DNA of 64,000 nt from Klebsiella phage Magnus. Position 1 is the first letter of the stretch. Every line of letters begins with the position of its first letter. Shown in pieces: positions 1 to 9,133 of the stretch. The notes below the pieces were generated by a model. The model had not been told where the DNA came from. It saw nothing but the letters and a program-made list of their open reading frames with translations, and did not search any database. The stretch lies in the sequence record NC_049462.1. One strand, 5' to 3'. The position numbers and the translations under genes were made by a program.

Positions 1-818
1 TGCTAAGAAATTTGCTGTCCGTTTCTGGAGCAATTTTCTGTATCGCCTCCCCTGATTTAAATACCCCCATCAATTGGGGGTATTTTCTTATGAACGCACA
101 AATTTATGACGCCCTTGAACAAGGCAATGCATTTAACAATCCTCTCCCGGGATTCTCTGCTACTTCTCAGACGTTAATCACCAGTGGCCAACAAAGTATA
201 GCAGGCATTACAAGCATCCCGGATACGTCCGTTCAGGCGGCGATAACCGCTGGTGGTTTGACTCCTGCTAAACTGAATACCATGAACACCATGTACGGGA
301 CTGCCAATACTGGGATCGGGACTCTGAATTCTTATGGTGACCAGACCGTTAATGAGGCATACAATAGGATCGGAACTTCAGTATCCTATAAATCCGGCCT
401 CAAAAGTATTGAACGAGAACCCACCAACTGCGATTTGATTAACAACGCATTCGGTGTCGTACAGACACTCGGTCGTCAATGGTTGACTGCAATGGAGGAT
501 GCCTTATCTCCAATAACAGACAAAGTCCAAGAACTGTATGATCTCGCCAAACAAGGCGCGGCGGCGGGGTTGGCCAAAATACAGGCATTAGCCTCGCAGG
601 TCAACGGATTAATCAATGATGCTGTAGCAAAGGTGAATGGTGTTATTCAGAACATCACTGATGGGATAGCTGCTGAGTTAGCCCATATCGAAGACATGGT
701 GAAGAAGTGTCTTAATTTCTCCTTTGCTAATGTTCTTGGTGAATGGGCAAAAGATCTTTGCGCTGGCGGTGTCATCAACAATATCGGTTCTAATGATCTG
801 AAAAATGCCCTGAAATGA
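1..818 (+). CDS. 3' part of an ORF that runs open to the window edge (first in-frame alternative start TTG at 12). Hypothetical protein, possibly virion/fiber-associated.
   Basis: Open frame from the window start. Ser/Thr/Gly/Asn-rich N-part and Ala/Leu-rich helical C-part (AKQGAAAGLAKIQALASQVNGLINDAVAKVNG). No recognisable catalytic motif. Confidence 0.3.
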   Translation, partial: LRNLLSVSGAIFCIASPDLNTPINWGYFLMNAQIYDALEQGNAFNNPLPGFSATSQTLITSGQQSIAGITSIPDTSVQAAITAGGLTPAKLNTMNTMYGTANTGIGTLNSYGDQTVNEAYNRIGTSVSYKSGLKSIEREPTNCDLINNAFGVVQTLGRQWLTAMEDALSPITDKVQELYDLAKQGAAAGLAKIQALASQVNGLINDAVAKVNGVIQNITDGIAAELAHIEDMVKKCLNFSFANVLGEWAKDLCAGGVINNIGSNDLKNALK

Positions 819-1505
819 TCAGGGCACAGTCCTTGCTGGCAGAACTCCCACTGGCTCAATACCTTCCACCAGAAGGGAGTTCACGCCTACATCGCTCAAC
901 CTAATCCATATCTTCCCACCAGGCTTAATTTCAAAAACGTTCATTTCATTCCCAACCGCTTCATTATTCACAAATACACCTTGTGTTGCTATCCTTACAG
1001 GTTTCTTCGTGTTGTTTGTGATTTGAAATGTAACAGTTATATCCGTGGTCAGATTAACTCCCTGTCTCATGGTGTAACGTTTTATTTTGTCGTAGAAAGA
1101 TGGGTTGAATGTGATGATGATGCTGTTGTTCTGGGAGTAATAAATACTTGCTGACAAGTAAGGAATTTTGCCTTCTTCCCCTTTGCGTAAAAGAGGGATG
1201 GTGGTTTTCCAGTATGGTCGCAAAGTGTCTTTATTATCAAAACAACCGACAGGCTGGAGATTTTGGAAACTTTGAAACAAAATAGTGGCCTCATCCAGCA
1301 TGGATTTTTCACATTTGTTACTGTCTGTTGAAATGGTTACTGGTACAACACGGACATCAGTATCCCAGAGGTCACTAACGGAAATGATGGGCGTGACGAA
1401 AATACGGCAACTTGTCAATACAAGTACCATAAAAATCACCACAATCCATCTTCTGATTCCGCGCATCAGGGACACAATTATTCTCCACGGTAAAGGTGCT
1501 AACAA
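819..1505 (-). CDS. Hypothetical protein, putative lipoprotein.
   Basis: N-terminal hydrophobic segment followed by a lipobox-like LTSC (VIFMVLVLTSCRIF). Diverges from the neighbouring + strand gene. Confidence 0.35.
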   Translation of the reverse strand: MLAPLPWRIIVSLMRGIRRWIVVIFMVLVLTSCRIFVTPIISVSDLWDTDVRVVPVTISTDSNKCEKSMLDEATILFQSFQNLQPVGCFDNKDTLRPYWKTTIPLLRKGEEGKIPYLSASIYYSQNNSIIITFNPSFYDKIKRYTMRQGVNLTTDITVTFQITNNTKKPVRIATQGVFVNNEAVGNEMNVFEIKPGGKIWIRLSDVGVNSLLVEGIEPVGVLPARTVP

Positions 1506-2005
1506 TGTCTACTTCAGTCCAATTTAAACATGACAACCCAAATTATGCAGCATCCGATAAGTGGCGCTTAACTATCGGTGACCTGATATTGTTATCCCGC
1601 TCTGTACACGATTTTAGCATACCAGGCGTGTATTCCGAGGGCATCGATGGGCCTTCGCCCGGTTCAGTGCTCAACACGATCCCTTCTGAACGTTTAACAT
1701 ATGATCCCATCGTATTTACGTTCGTTATCGATGAGGATTGGGTAAACTGGGAAACCATCTACAACTGGATAGCCAGTAACGCCGCCGCTGATATGGCTGT
1801 TAGCAAAGATATCACCATAGAATTACTCAACAACATGAACCGCCCGGTTGGCCTGCAACTTCTGTTGGAAGAAGCACGTCCAACTGCACTGGACAACGTT
1901 CTTGTTGATGTAGACGCTTCTGTTCCCCAATTAGTTACAACGGTGACTTTCAAGTATCTGAAACTGACACCGACCCGTGTTGTCCGCGAAATTGATAAAG
2001 AATGA
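1496..2005 (+). CDS. Hypothetical protein (probable ATG start at 1505).
   Basis: ORF with an in-frame ATG at 1505. No recognisable motifs. Confidence 0.4.
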   Translation: MLTMSTSVQFKHDNPNYAASDKWRLTIGDLILLSRSVHDFSIPGVYSEGIDGPSPGSVLNTIPSERLTYDPIVFTFVIDEDWVNWETIYNWIASNAAADMAVSKDITIELLNNMNRPVGLQLLLEEARPTALDNVLVDVDASVPQLVTTVTFKYLKLTPTRVVREIDKE

Positions 2006-2021
2006 GTTATAATAGAGAGAG

Positions 2022-2507
2022 TTGAAAAGGTGGGAATATTTTATGGAAGTTAACAACACTCAATATCAAACGATGTCTATAGAGGACATCATGGCTGAAC
2101 TGGATCCACTGATTACGGTTGATCCGGCTGATCGTAATTTAGATCAGATTTCGTTGAAGATCGGGCGTTCCTTTATGACAGTGCAGCGGCATTACATTCG
2201 TGAAGGGCGTTATCTGGAATACCTGACTGGGCGGTTTAAACAGATTGATGTTTATCTGCGCAGGTATTATGCCGGGGAATTACCTGCGCAATCGTATCGC
2301 GAACGCCCTCTCAACAACAAACCACTGAAAACTGATCTGCCTCTATGGGTTCAGGCCGACGATATGTATATCGAGATGTCCGGGCTTCTACAAGAACAGA
2401 AAGCGAAGGTGAAATTCATCGAAAGTTGTTTGGATCGTTTGAACAAGCTGGGTTATGAAGTGAAGAATGCCATAGATTGGAGAAAATACATGGATGGCGG
2501 TTACTAA
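2022..2507 (+). CDS. Hypothetical protein.
   Basis: ORF; its stop overlaps the next gene's start (TAATG). Confidence 0.4.
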   Translation: MKRWEYFMEVNNTQYQTMSIEDIMAELDPLITVDPADRNLDQISLKIGRSFMTVQRHYIREGRYLEYLTGRFKQIDVYLRRYYAGELPAQSYRERPLNNKPLKTDLPLWVQADDMYIEMSGLLQEQKAKVKFIESCLDRLNKLGYEVKNAIDWRKYMDGGY

Positions 2508-3253
2508 TGAGCCAACTCCAGGTACTCAAGAAGATCAACAATATTGAGGAACGTCAATATACATTTCAGCAGTACGAATTACCGTACAAGGAGCTGACTT
2601 GTGTAACGAACGAGAATGGACGCCATTACGTTTCCCCAACAGGGGTGAAGTTAACCTCTGTAACAACAATGTTGGGGCGTACCAGTGACCATACATGGTT
2701 GGATGCCTGGGTCGAAAGGCTTGGAGTTGAACAAGCAGCAATTGAAGCACAAAGATGCGCTGATAGGGGAGAGGCAGTGCATCTTGCTTGTGAATTATAT
2801 CTGAAGAATGCGCCGATGAAAGATGTTGTGGCCGCCGCCGGACAATATCTGTTCATGTTCATGCAATTGTTTCCCTATCTGAATCGCATGACAAAGATAT
2901 ATGCCCAGGAAATACCTCTATATAGCGAAGTATTGGGCTTGGCCGGGCGTGTGGATTTAATCGGGGTGTACAACGGAACCCCAGCAATTATCGACTTCAA
3001 GACTTCCAATACTCTGAAAACCAGGGACATGATAGAGGATTACAGCATACAATTGTGTCTGTATTCAGTTATGTTTCAACAGATGTTTAATGTCAAAATC
3101 GAGCGTCTCATCAACATTATATCCAATGAGAATGGTTTACTGCCGACAGTAATAGAATTCCACAGAAAAGATATTCTCCCAAAAATGTTCGAGCGTGTCC
3201 GTTTATATCACCGTATGGACAAGGAACAGAATGGAATCTGGGCAGACCGCTAA
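2507..3253 (+). CDS. PD-(D/E)XK-type nuclease-like protein.
   Basis: D...D/E-x-K arrangement: GRVDLIGV ... IIDFKTSN. Start is coupled to the upstream stop. Confidence 0.45.
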   Translation: MSQLQVLKKINNIEERQYTFQQYELPYKELTCVTNENGRHYVSPTGVKLTSVTTMLGRTSDHTWLDAWVERLGVEQAAIEAQRCADRGEAVHLACELYLKNAPMKDVVAAAGQYLFMFMQLFPYLNRMTKIYAQEIPLYSEVLGLAGRVDLIGVYNGTPAIIDFKTSNTLKTRDMIEDYSIQLCLYSVMFQQMFNVKIERLINIISNENGLLPTVIEFHRKDILPKMFERVRLYHRMDKEQNGIWADR

Positions 3254-3280
3254 ATACTCCATATAATTGGGAGGATTGGT

Positions 3281-4798
3281 ATGGCCGACATTTCTGTGAC
3301 CAAAGTGAACGAAGTCCGTATGCGTGTGCATGCTGAAGCAGGGATCTATGAAGAACTAAATGATTACTTCAAATTTGAAGATCCCAACTTTCTGCCTAAT
3401 CCTTTCAGCAAATGGGATGGCGTCGTCCGCCTATTTACCAAATCTTCCGGCCTGATTGACATCGGTCTTCTGTTTGAACTCTTCAAATTTTGTAAGACCA
3501 ACGGTTATTCACTTGACGTGGATCCTGCATTGAAATATATCCAGGACATCCCTGACAATGAAATCCATGATTTCTGTAATAATTTGAAAACACAAATTCG
3601 CACAGAATCTGGGGAATACATTGATGCTGAAGTTCGGCAGTATCAATTCGATTCCATCGCCACTGCCATGAGGCAATCTCGCTGCGTCCTCGAGCTGGCT
3701 ACAAGTGCCGGTAAATCCTTTATTCTTTATGTGATGGCCCGTTACTACAGGGAAAGGCGAGAAGCGCTCGAAAGTAATCTGAGGACGCTTATCGTTGTTC
3801 CTTCCGTACACCTTGTAAGACAATTGTACGAGAACTTCGAAGAATATAGCCATGGACAATCCTGGAACCCGTTCTACCAGGTACAAACCATATGCGAAGG
3901 TGCAACCCGCAATATTGATAAACCCATCACAATTTCCACATGGCAAGGCATACAAGACCAGCCAAAGGATTGGTTTCATCAGTTTGGCGATATCATTGTT
4001 GATGAAGTGCATACTTCAAAGTCAGATAAACTTTCTTATATCCTCAACAACTGCATAAATGCTGACCAACGCCTCGGGGTTACTGGTACTTTGGCGAACA
4101 CTAAAGTTGCTGGTCTGCAGGTGGTATCCCACTTTGGTGCCTATCACAAGATCATCACGGCTCGAGAACTGATAAGTATGGGATATGCGGCTGATATTAA
4201 AATCCGGATGATAGAATTGAAACACAGATTGGCCGACGCTATTGATATGCATGGTGCCGATTATCAGAAAGAAATGGAATATTTGATATCGAACGAAGTT
4301 AGAAACCGGCTTATCGCCAAGATGGCTTTAACATTAAAGGGTAACGTCGCCATCATGTTCGAACGTATTGATGCCCACATGATGATCGTGTATGACATCC
4401 TCAAAGAAATAAAGCCAAACGTATTTGTCATCAACGGGGAGGTCAAATCAGCAGACCGCATGCAAATACAAAGGGCGATAGAAGAAGGTGAGGATATTAC
4501 TCTGTTGGCATCTTATGGAACGATGCAACAAGGGGTTTCTATAAAGAAACTTCATCATCTGGTATTGGCACACCCAAGCAAATCATATATCCGCGTCATC
4601 CAGACTCTTGGACGATTGATGCGTCAGCACTCAACAAAAGACGTGGCACTCATATGGGATTTGGTAGACAATTTGAGTTATAATGGGAGTTACAATCATG
4701 CGTTGCGTCACTCTCACGAGCGATACAAATTCTATTTGACAGAGCGCCACCCTGTAGAATTGAAAAGAGTGGCGCTGGAAGATTATTTGGGGTCTTGA
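3281..4798 (+). CDS. uvsW: UvsW-like SF2 DNA/RNA-DNA helicase.
   Basis: N-terminus NPFSKWDGVVRLF resembles T4 UvsW NPRFRYGNWDGRIRLL. Walker A TSAGKS, DEVH box (IIVDEVH). Length 505 aa, close to T4 UvsW. Confidence 0.85.
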   Translation: MADISVTKVNEVRMRVHAEAGIYEELNDYFKFEDPNFLPNPFSKWDGVVRLFTKSSGLIDIGLLFELFKFCKTNGYSLDVDPALKYIQDIPDNEIHDFCNNLKTQIRTESGEYIDAEVRQYQFDSIATAMRQSRCVLELATSAGKSFILYVMARYYRERREALESNLRTLIVVPSVHLVRQLYENFEEYSHGQSWNPFYQVQTICEGATRNIDKPITISTWQGIQDQPKDWFHQFGDIIVDEVHTSKSDKLSYILNNCINADQRLGVTGTLANTKVAGLQVVSHFGAYHKIITARELISMGYAADIKIRMIELKHRLADAIDMHGADYQKEMEYLISNEVRNRLIAKMALTLKGNVAIMFERIDAHMMIVYDILKEIKPNVFVINGEVKSADRMQIQRAIEEGEDITLLASYGTMQQGVSIKKLHHLVLAHPSKSYIRVIQTLGRLMRQHSTKDVALIWDLVDNLSYNGSYNHALRHSHERYKFYLTERHPVELKRVALEDYLGS

Positions 4799-5166
4799 TC
4801 CACATAGGCGGGCGTTGGCTCGCCTTCTTCACTGTCGTCAACCAAACCCAGGAATGCGTCGATACTATCACAACAACGTTGTAACAGTTCCGGCTTGATG
4901 GTTTTGTTGATGACCGCCTGATTTTTGTTGATGAGAGGGAACACTTTTAATTCGCCGAAGTTGCTCATATTGACGATCGCAACATAAAGCCCTGGCTTGG
5001 TATTACCCGACAGGAATGAGAATGGGACTTCCTTGGCAGTGTCTGATTTCGTTTCATCAACTAAAACTTTCAAAAGAGTAGTGCTTGTTGTCTCACTACC
5101 CAATTTCCGGCTTGCCATATCTCCGTGGCTGTACCCTACGGCATAGATTGCTACTAGTTGTTTCAT
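4783..5166 (-). CDS. Hypothetical protein.
   Basis: ORF on the minus strand, convergent with uvsW. No motifs recognised. Confidence 0.3.
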   Translation of the reverse strand: MKQLVAIYAVGYSHGDMASRKLGSETTSTTLLKVLVDETKSDTAKEVPFSFLSGNTKPGLYVAIVNMSNFGELKVFPLINKNQAVINKTIKPELLQRCCDSIDAFLGLVDDSEEGEPTPAYVDQDPK

Positions 5167-5489
5167 GCTATTCGTCTCGTGTTGTTTGCATCCTTATATA
5201 ATAGTCTCATGTTATGTTTAGACCAATTTAAAATAATTTGCCTTTCGGATTAAAAAGTCCTTTCTTGTTGAACAAATCCGTCGTACTATACGAGTTGTGA
5301 GCTTTGCGAGCAACGAGTATTAGGGGTTTACGAGCGAAGCGAGTTGATTAATATAAATTAATAGATTAATCTATTTCGTTAATAATTTGCGCGCGAAGAG
5401 ATTTAACACTTGTTCTATATCCCCAAATGGGCGATACTAAATTGCGTCAACAACATGACTTGACTTCACTATATCTTGAGGATACATAA

Positions 5490-6158
5490 ATGCAAGAAAT
5501 TACTCTGTCGGAACGCACTCTGCAACTTCTGGCTAACTTTGAAACCATCTGCCCGTCTATCGTCCTGACTCCTGGCAAAAAGCTGCGTACCGTAAATGAC
5601 GCATCGACGGTTATCGCCATCGCCGATATTGACGAAGACTTCCCGTTCGAATTCCCGATCCTCGATCTAACCAAGCTGCTGGCCATCCAGCGCCTGCCGA
5701 GTTTCAAGAGCGGTAAGATCGAAATGTACGAAGATCACGTGCTGCTCAAAGGCGAAAACTCTCAACTGCAATTCTGGCGCTCGGCCAAAGAACTGACCAC
5801 AGTTCCGGCTGATACCATCGATCTGCCGTCGGTTGATTTCGAAGCAACTGTATCGCCGGAAAAAATGAAAGAGCTGATCCGCGCGTGTTCTACTCTGGGC
5901 CACAAAACTGTCCGCATGGTCGCCAGCGGCGGCAAAACCCGTCTGGTGGGTACTACTCCGGCGATCGACAATTCCAACGATTACACCGTTGAATTGGGCG
6001 AAACTGCGCTGGGTGATTTCTCCATGCCGATCGACGTTGTCAACCTGAAAATGATCGAAGGCAACTATACTATCCGCGCCTGCACTGAAATGCAGCTGGT
6101 CAATTTCCAATCGGTCGACGGCACCATCAACTATTACGTCGGCATGCAGCTGGAATAA
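5490..6158 (+). CDS. 45: Sliding clamp (T4 gp45-like).
   Basis: 222 aa with SD GAGGA. Sits directly upstream of the gp44/gp62 clamp-loader genes as in T4. Has a C-terminal acidic tail. Confidence 0.8.
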   Translation: MQEITLSERTLQLLANFETICPSIVLTPGKKLRTVNDASTVIAIADIDEDFPFEFPILDLTKLLAIQRLPSFKSGKIEMYEDHVLLKGENSQLQFWRSAKELTTVPADTIDLPSVDFEATVSPEKMKELIRACSTLGHKTVRMVASGGKTRLVGTTPAIDNSNDYTVELGETALGDFSMPIDVVNLKMIEGNYTIRACTEMQLVNFQSVDGTINYYVGMQLE

Positions 6159-6192
6159 TCTTCAATATCTATCTGTTGCTTTAATATCGTTG

Positions 6193-6217
6193 CAGGGGCG
6201 GAAAGCCCCTGTATTTT
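6193..6217 (+). terminator. Rho-independent terminator after gene 45.
   Basis: caggggc-ggaaa-gcccctg followed by a T-run. Confidence 0.6.
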
Positions 6218-6243
6218 GAAACGCATCATCTAAAGAGGCTGTA

Positions 6244-7242
6244 ATGTCTAATATCACAATCGTTGGTGACCAATACGCATGGGAAAACAAATATCGTCCG
6301 GATAATCTGGATGAGATCGTACTCCCTCGGGACGTCCGTGCCAAGATCCATGGCTATATCACTGGTGGTAATGGCAACATCCCGTCAATGCTGTTCTACT
6401 CACCGAAACCGGGTACTGGTAAGACCACGACTGCTCTGGCGGTTTGTAATGAAATCGGCTGCGTCAAGCCGCTGATGATCAACGCATCCCTGGACAACAA
6501 CATCGACACCATCCGCGACAAAGTTATCCAGTATTCGACTGGCGTCAGCGTATATGGCGGACGGAAAGTCGTTATCCTGGATGAAGCCGAGCGCCTGTCT
6601 ATGGCCGCTCAGGAATCGTTGAAAGGTATTATCGAGAAGGTGAGCAAAAACTGCTCGTTTATCCTCACCACCAACTCCAAATCCCGTCTGAACGAACCGC
6701 TGGTTTCCCGCTGCCGTGAAATCGACTTCATCTGGACCGACAAAGAAGCACATGAAGTGCAGCTACAGTTCATGCGGCGCTGTGCTGAAATCCTTGCTGC
6801 TGAAAACGTCGAAGTCGATCTGAAAGTCCTCGGCCGGATCATTCCTCAGTTCTTCCCGGACAACCGTAAGATCATGGGCATCTTGCAAGACAATGCCTCC
6901 ACCTACGGAAAAATTGATGAACGCGCTTTGGCCGTCGTCAACGCAGGCGGTATGCGCCAGCTGGTTGAAGAGATGAAGGCCAACAATTGGGCTGGCGTTC
7001 GGCAATGGGTGACTGATAATCAGAACTATATCGGTGATGATTTTTATTCACGTTTCTTCCAGTTCTGTGTACCACAAGACAAAAGCAAACCCCGCTTGTT
7101 GGCCGACAATTCTAGCATCGTGGATATGGTTGCTCTGTGTGGTCAGGCACAAATAGAGCATCGCCAAGCTGGAGATGTATGGCTCCATGCGGTTTACTTC
7201 CTGACTAATGTCATGATCACCATGAGTAACAAATGGAGCTAG
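6244..7242 (+). CDS. 44: Clamp loader large subunit (gp44, RFC-like AAA+).
   Basis: N-terminus WENKYRPDNLDEIVLP (RFC box). Walker A PKPGTGKTT, DEAE box (ILDEAERL), SRC motif (SRCREI). Confidence 0.9.
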   Translation: MSNITIVGDQYAWENKYRPDNLDEIVLPRDVRAKIHGYITGGNGNIPSMLFYSPKPGTGKTTTALAVCNEIGCVKPLMINASLDNNIDTIRDKVIQYSTGVSVYGGRKVVILDEAERLSMAAQESLKGIIEKVSKNCSFILTTNSKSRLNEPLVSRCREIDFIWTDKEAHEVQLQFMRRCAEILAAENVEVDLKVLGRIIPQFFPDNRKIMGILQDNASTYGKIDERALAVVNAGGMRQLVEEMKANNWAGVRQWVTDNQNYIGDDFYSRFFQFCVPQDKSKPRLLADNSSIVDMVALCGQAQIEHRQAGDVWLHAVYFLTNVMITMSNKWS

Positions 7243-7245
7243 ACT

Positions 7246-7668
7246 ATGGCTGGTCCTTCTTTATTTGATTTCTTAGGCGCCATAAACAACACTAAAGAAA
7301 ATTTGTTAGAGACAGATGATCCCGATGTTTTGAAGGCGTTTGACCCGTTCATGATTCGAAGAGGTTTAGCTCAGAGCGAAGACACGCTGGTGATTGCACA
7401 AAAAATGAACTTGTTGCACAAGTGCAGTCCTTGGATGCAGTGGAACATGGCGTTCCATACCGTTCAGGCCAGGAAAAGATATCCAAAATGGGCCAAAAAA
7501 GGTCCGCTCGACCCTGATATTCAGATGTTGTCTGAATATTATTACATTAGCCATGAAAAGGCATCAGAGTATCTCAAATTTCTTCCAAAAGAAGCACTGG
7601 CCGAGATCAGGAAGAAAGTTGAGTTGTCTAACAGCAACGAGAAAGCGAAGCCGCGCAAGGCTAAGTAG
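7246..7668 (+). CDS. 62: Clamp loader small subunit (gp62-like).
   Basis: GAINN and KRYPKWAKK match T4 gp62 GAINN...KRYGKWAK. Position immediately after gene 44. Confidence 0.7.
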   Translation: MAGPSLFDFLGAINNTKENLLETDDPDVLKAFDPFMIRRGLAQSEDTLVIAQKMNLLHKCSPWMQWNMAFHTVQARKRYPKWAKKGPLDPDIQMLSEYYYISHEKASEYLKFLPKEALAEIRKKVELSNSNEKAKPRKAK

Positions 7669-7696
7669 TTAAAATCATTAATGAAGGAGTTTGGTC

Positions 7697-8161
7697 ATGG
7701 CGCGCAATACGCTCGACATCTTAAAACTGACTGCGGTCGACGATGAGGCCAGCATCGTCGATTGTATGGTCGAAGTTGAACTGAACCAAGATAAACCAGG
7801 GATTTTCCTGGGTATCAAGGAAACACTGAGCCGAATCGGGGTTAATACTCGTCAAGAGCCTGAAACCCTGTACCAGACCTGCCATATCCTCCACAAATCT
7901 GGCAAGTATTTTATCGTTCATTTCAAGCATCTGTTTATGCTGGATGGACATTACAACGGCTTTCAGCGTGAAGATGTCCTGCGTATGAATCGAATCATTC
8001 GTCTTCTGGAGCAGTGGAAGATGATCAAGGTTCTGCATCCGGAACAAGTGACCGAATGCGCCGACATGTCCCGTATCAAAGTTGTGAAACACGATCAGAT
8101 CGCCGATTGGAAACTGGTCCCCAAATATATCATTCGCCCATCTCGGGCCAAAAGCGAATAA
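7697..8161 (+). CDS. regA: RegA translational repressor (ATG at 7697; a TTG alternative lies at 7691).
   Basis: LYQTCHILHKSGKYFIVHFKHLFMLDG and DWKLVPKYIIRP align with T4 RegA (LYQSCHILQKKGLYYIVHFKEMLRMDG ... EWKLVPKYTI). About 25 aa N-terminal extension relative to T4. Confidence 0.85.
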   Translation: MARNTLDILKLTAVDDEASIVDCMVEVELNQDKPGIFLGIKETLSRIGVNTRQEPETLYQTCHILHKSGKYFIVHFKHLFMLDGHYNGFQREDVLRMNRIIRLLEQWKMIKVLHPEQVTECADMSRIKVVKHDQIADWKLVPKYIIRPSRAKSE

Positions 8162-8177
8162 CTGGAGTCGCTATATT

Positions 8178-9062
8178 ATGACAACTACATTTAGTAAGAA
8201 CGTGAGACTGAATCTGGCTTTTGGTAATGCTAAAGGGGACGTAACCGCCCCCGACTTTAGCAAAATTCGCAATCAGGCGAAACTCGTGTTGGAAGAAACC
8301 AAAGAACTCCTGGAAGCGGCGTATTTTGACCATGACGTTGTTGTCAATTTCCAGGCCACTCCAAAACCGAGTAACAACGAAATATATTCTGACCCCAATG
8401 CCAAAGTGAATGCTATGCGCCTCATTATGGATTCCCAGGGCGATATCACAACGGTCAACGACGGCGTGGCTCACATCGCCGGTTTCGACGGCAACGAATG
8501 CTTGCAGCGTGTCTACACGTCCAATATGAGCAAATTCATCCGTTCTGAAGATGAAGTCGGTCCGGCGCTGGATTATTACTATTCTCGCGGTTTCCCGGAA
8601 GGCCAGCTGCGTGTTGAAGGTGAATTCCCTCAGGCATGCATCAAGGTCAATGAGACCGTGATGTGGAACGGCAAAGAATATCCGGCGAATAAATTCCTGA
8701 AGAACATGGCCGTCTTCCAGGAACCGGATTTCAGTGATATGCTGACGAGTACTCCATTACAACAGGTGAAAGCCATCATCGCCAGCAGCGTTGTTGAACC
8801 GGGTAAAGCGTACATCGATAAAGAGAATGGTGTCGCTTACTTCCACATCAACGACCTCCGCCAGTTCCTGGAAACTTCTGCGGGGTTTGGTACGACTCAA
8901 GAACTGGCTAATGTAGATGGCCAGACTGAGAGTTATGTCCCGGTCTACCATGTTAGTGATGATTCGTATCCGGAACTGAACGGTTATTGGGCTGCTAACG
9001 TTCGTGTGTTCGTCTACTCCCCATACAATCCGGAAGTCACGCAGCTGACCCGTATCGATTAA
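8178..9062 (+). CDS. Hypothetical protein.
   Basis: 294 aa with a good SD. The N-part KLVLEETKELLEA weakly recalls the EExxE motif of all-alpha NTP pyrophosphohydrolases (MazG / T4 gp56-like). This is not established. Confidence 0.45.
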   Translation: MTTTFSKNVRLNLAFGNAKGDVTAPDFSKIRNQAKLVLEETKELLEAAYFDHDVVVNFQATPKPSNNEIYSDPNAKVNAMRLIMDSQGDITTVNDGVAHIAGFDGNECLQRVYTSNMSKFIRSEDEVGPALDYYYSRGFPEGQLRVEGEFPQACIKVNETVMWNGKEYPANKFLKNMAVFQEPDFSDMLTSTPLQQVKAIIASSVVEPGKAYIDKENGVAYFHINDLRQFLETSAGFGTTQELANVDGQTESYVPVYHVSDDSYPELNGYWAANVRVFVYSPYNPEVTQLTRID

Positions 9063-9085
9063 GTCATTCCACGTTTCAATATACA

Positions 9086-9108
9086 ACAGAGGCTATAATG
9101 GCCTCTGT
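9086..9108 (+). terminator. Hairpin with loop TATAATG followed by a T-run (terminator with an embedded -10-like hexamer).
   Basis: acagaggc-TATAATG-gcctctgt tttcg. TTCAAT lies 13 nt upstream of TATAAT. The hairpin ends 26 nt before the ATG at 9134. Confidence 0.6.
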
Positions 9109-9133
9109 TTTCGTATTCTAAGAAGAGGATACC

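Noticed and set aside
5351-5360. T4-type late promoter TATAAATA.
   Set aside because: Only near matches were seen (ATATAAATT at 5351, TATATAATA at 5204, TAATATAAT at 39766). No exact TATAAATA was located in the intergenic regions inspected.
8178-9062. MazG/gp56-like dNTP pyrophosphatase call for the 294-aa protein.
   Set aside because: Only one short EExxE-like segment; the rest is unrecognised. Not called.
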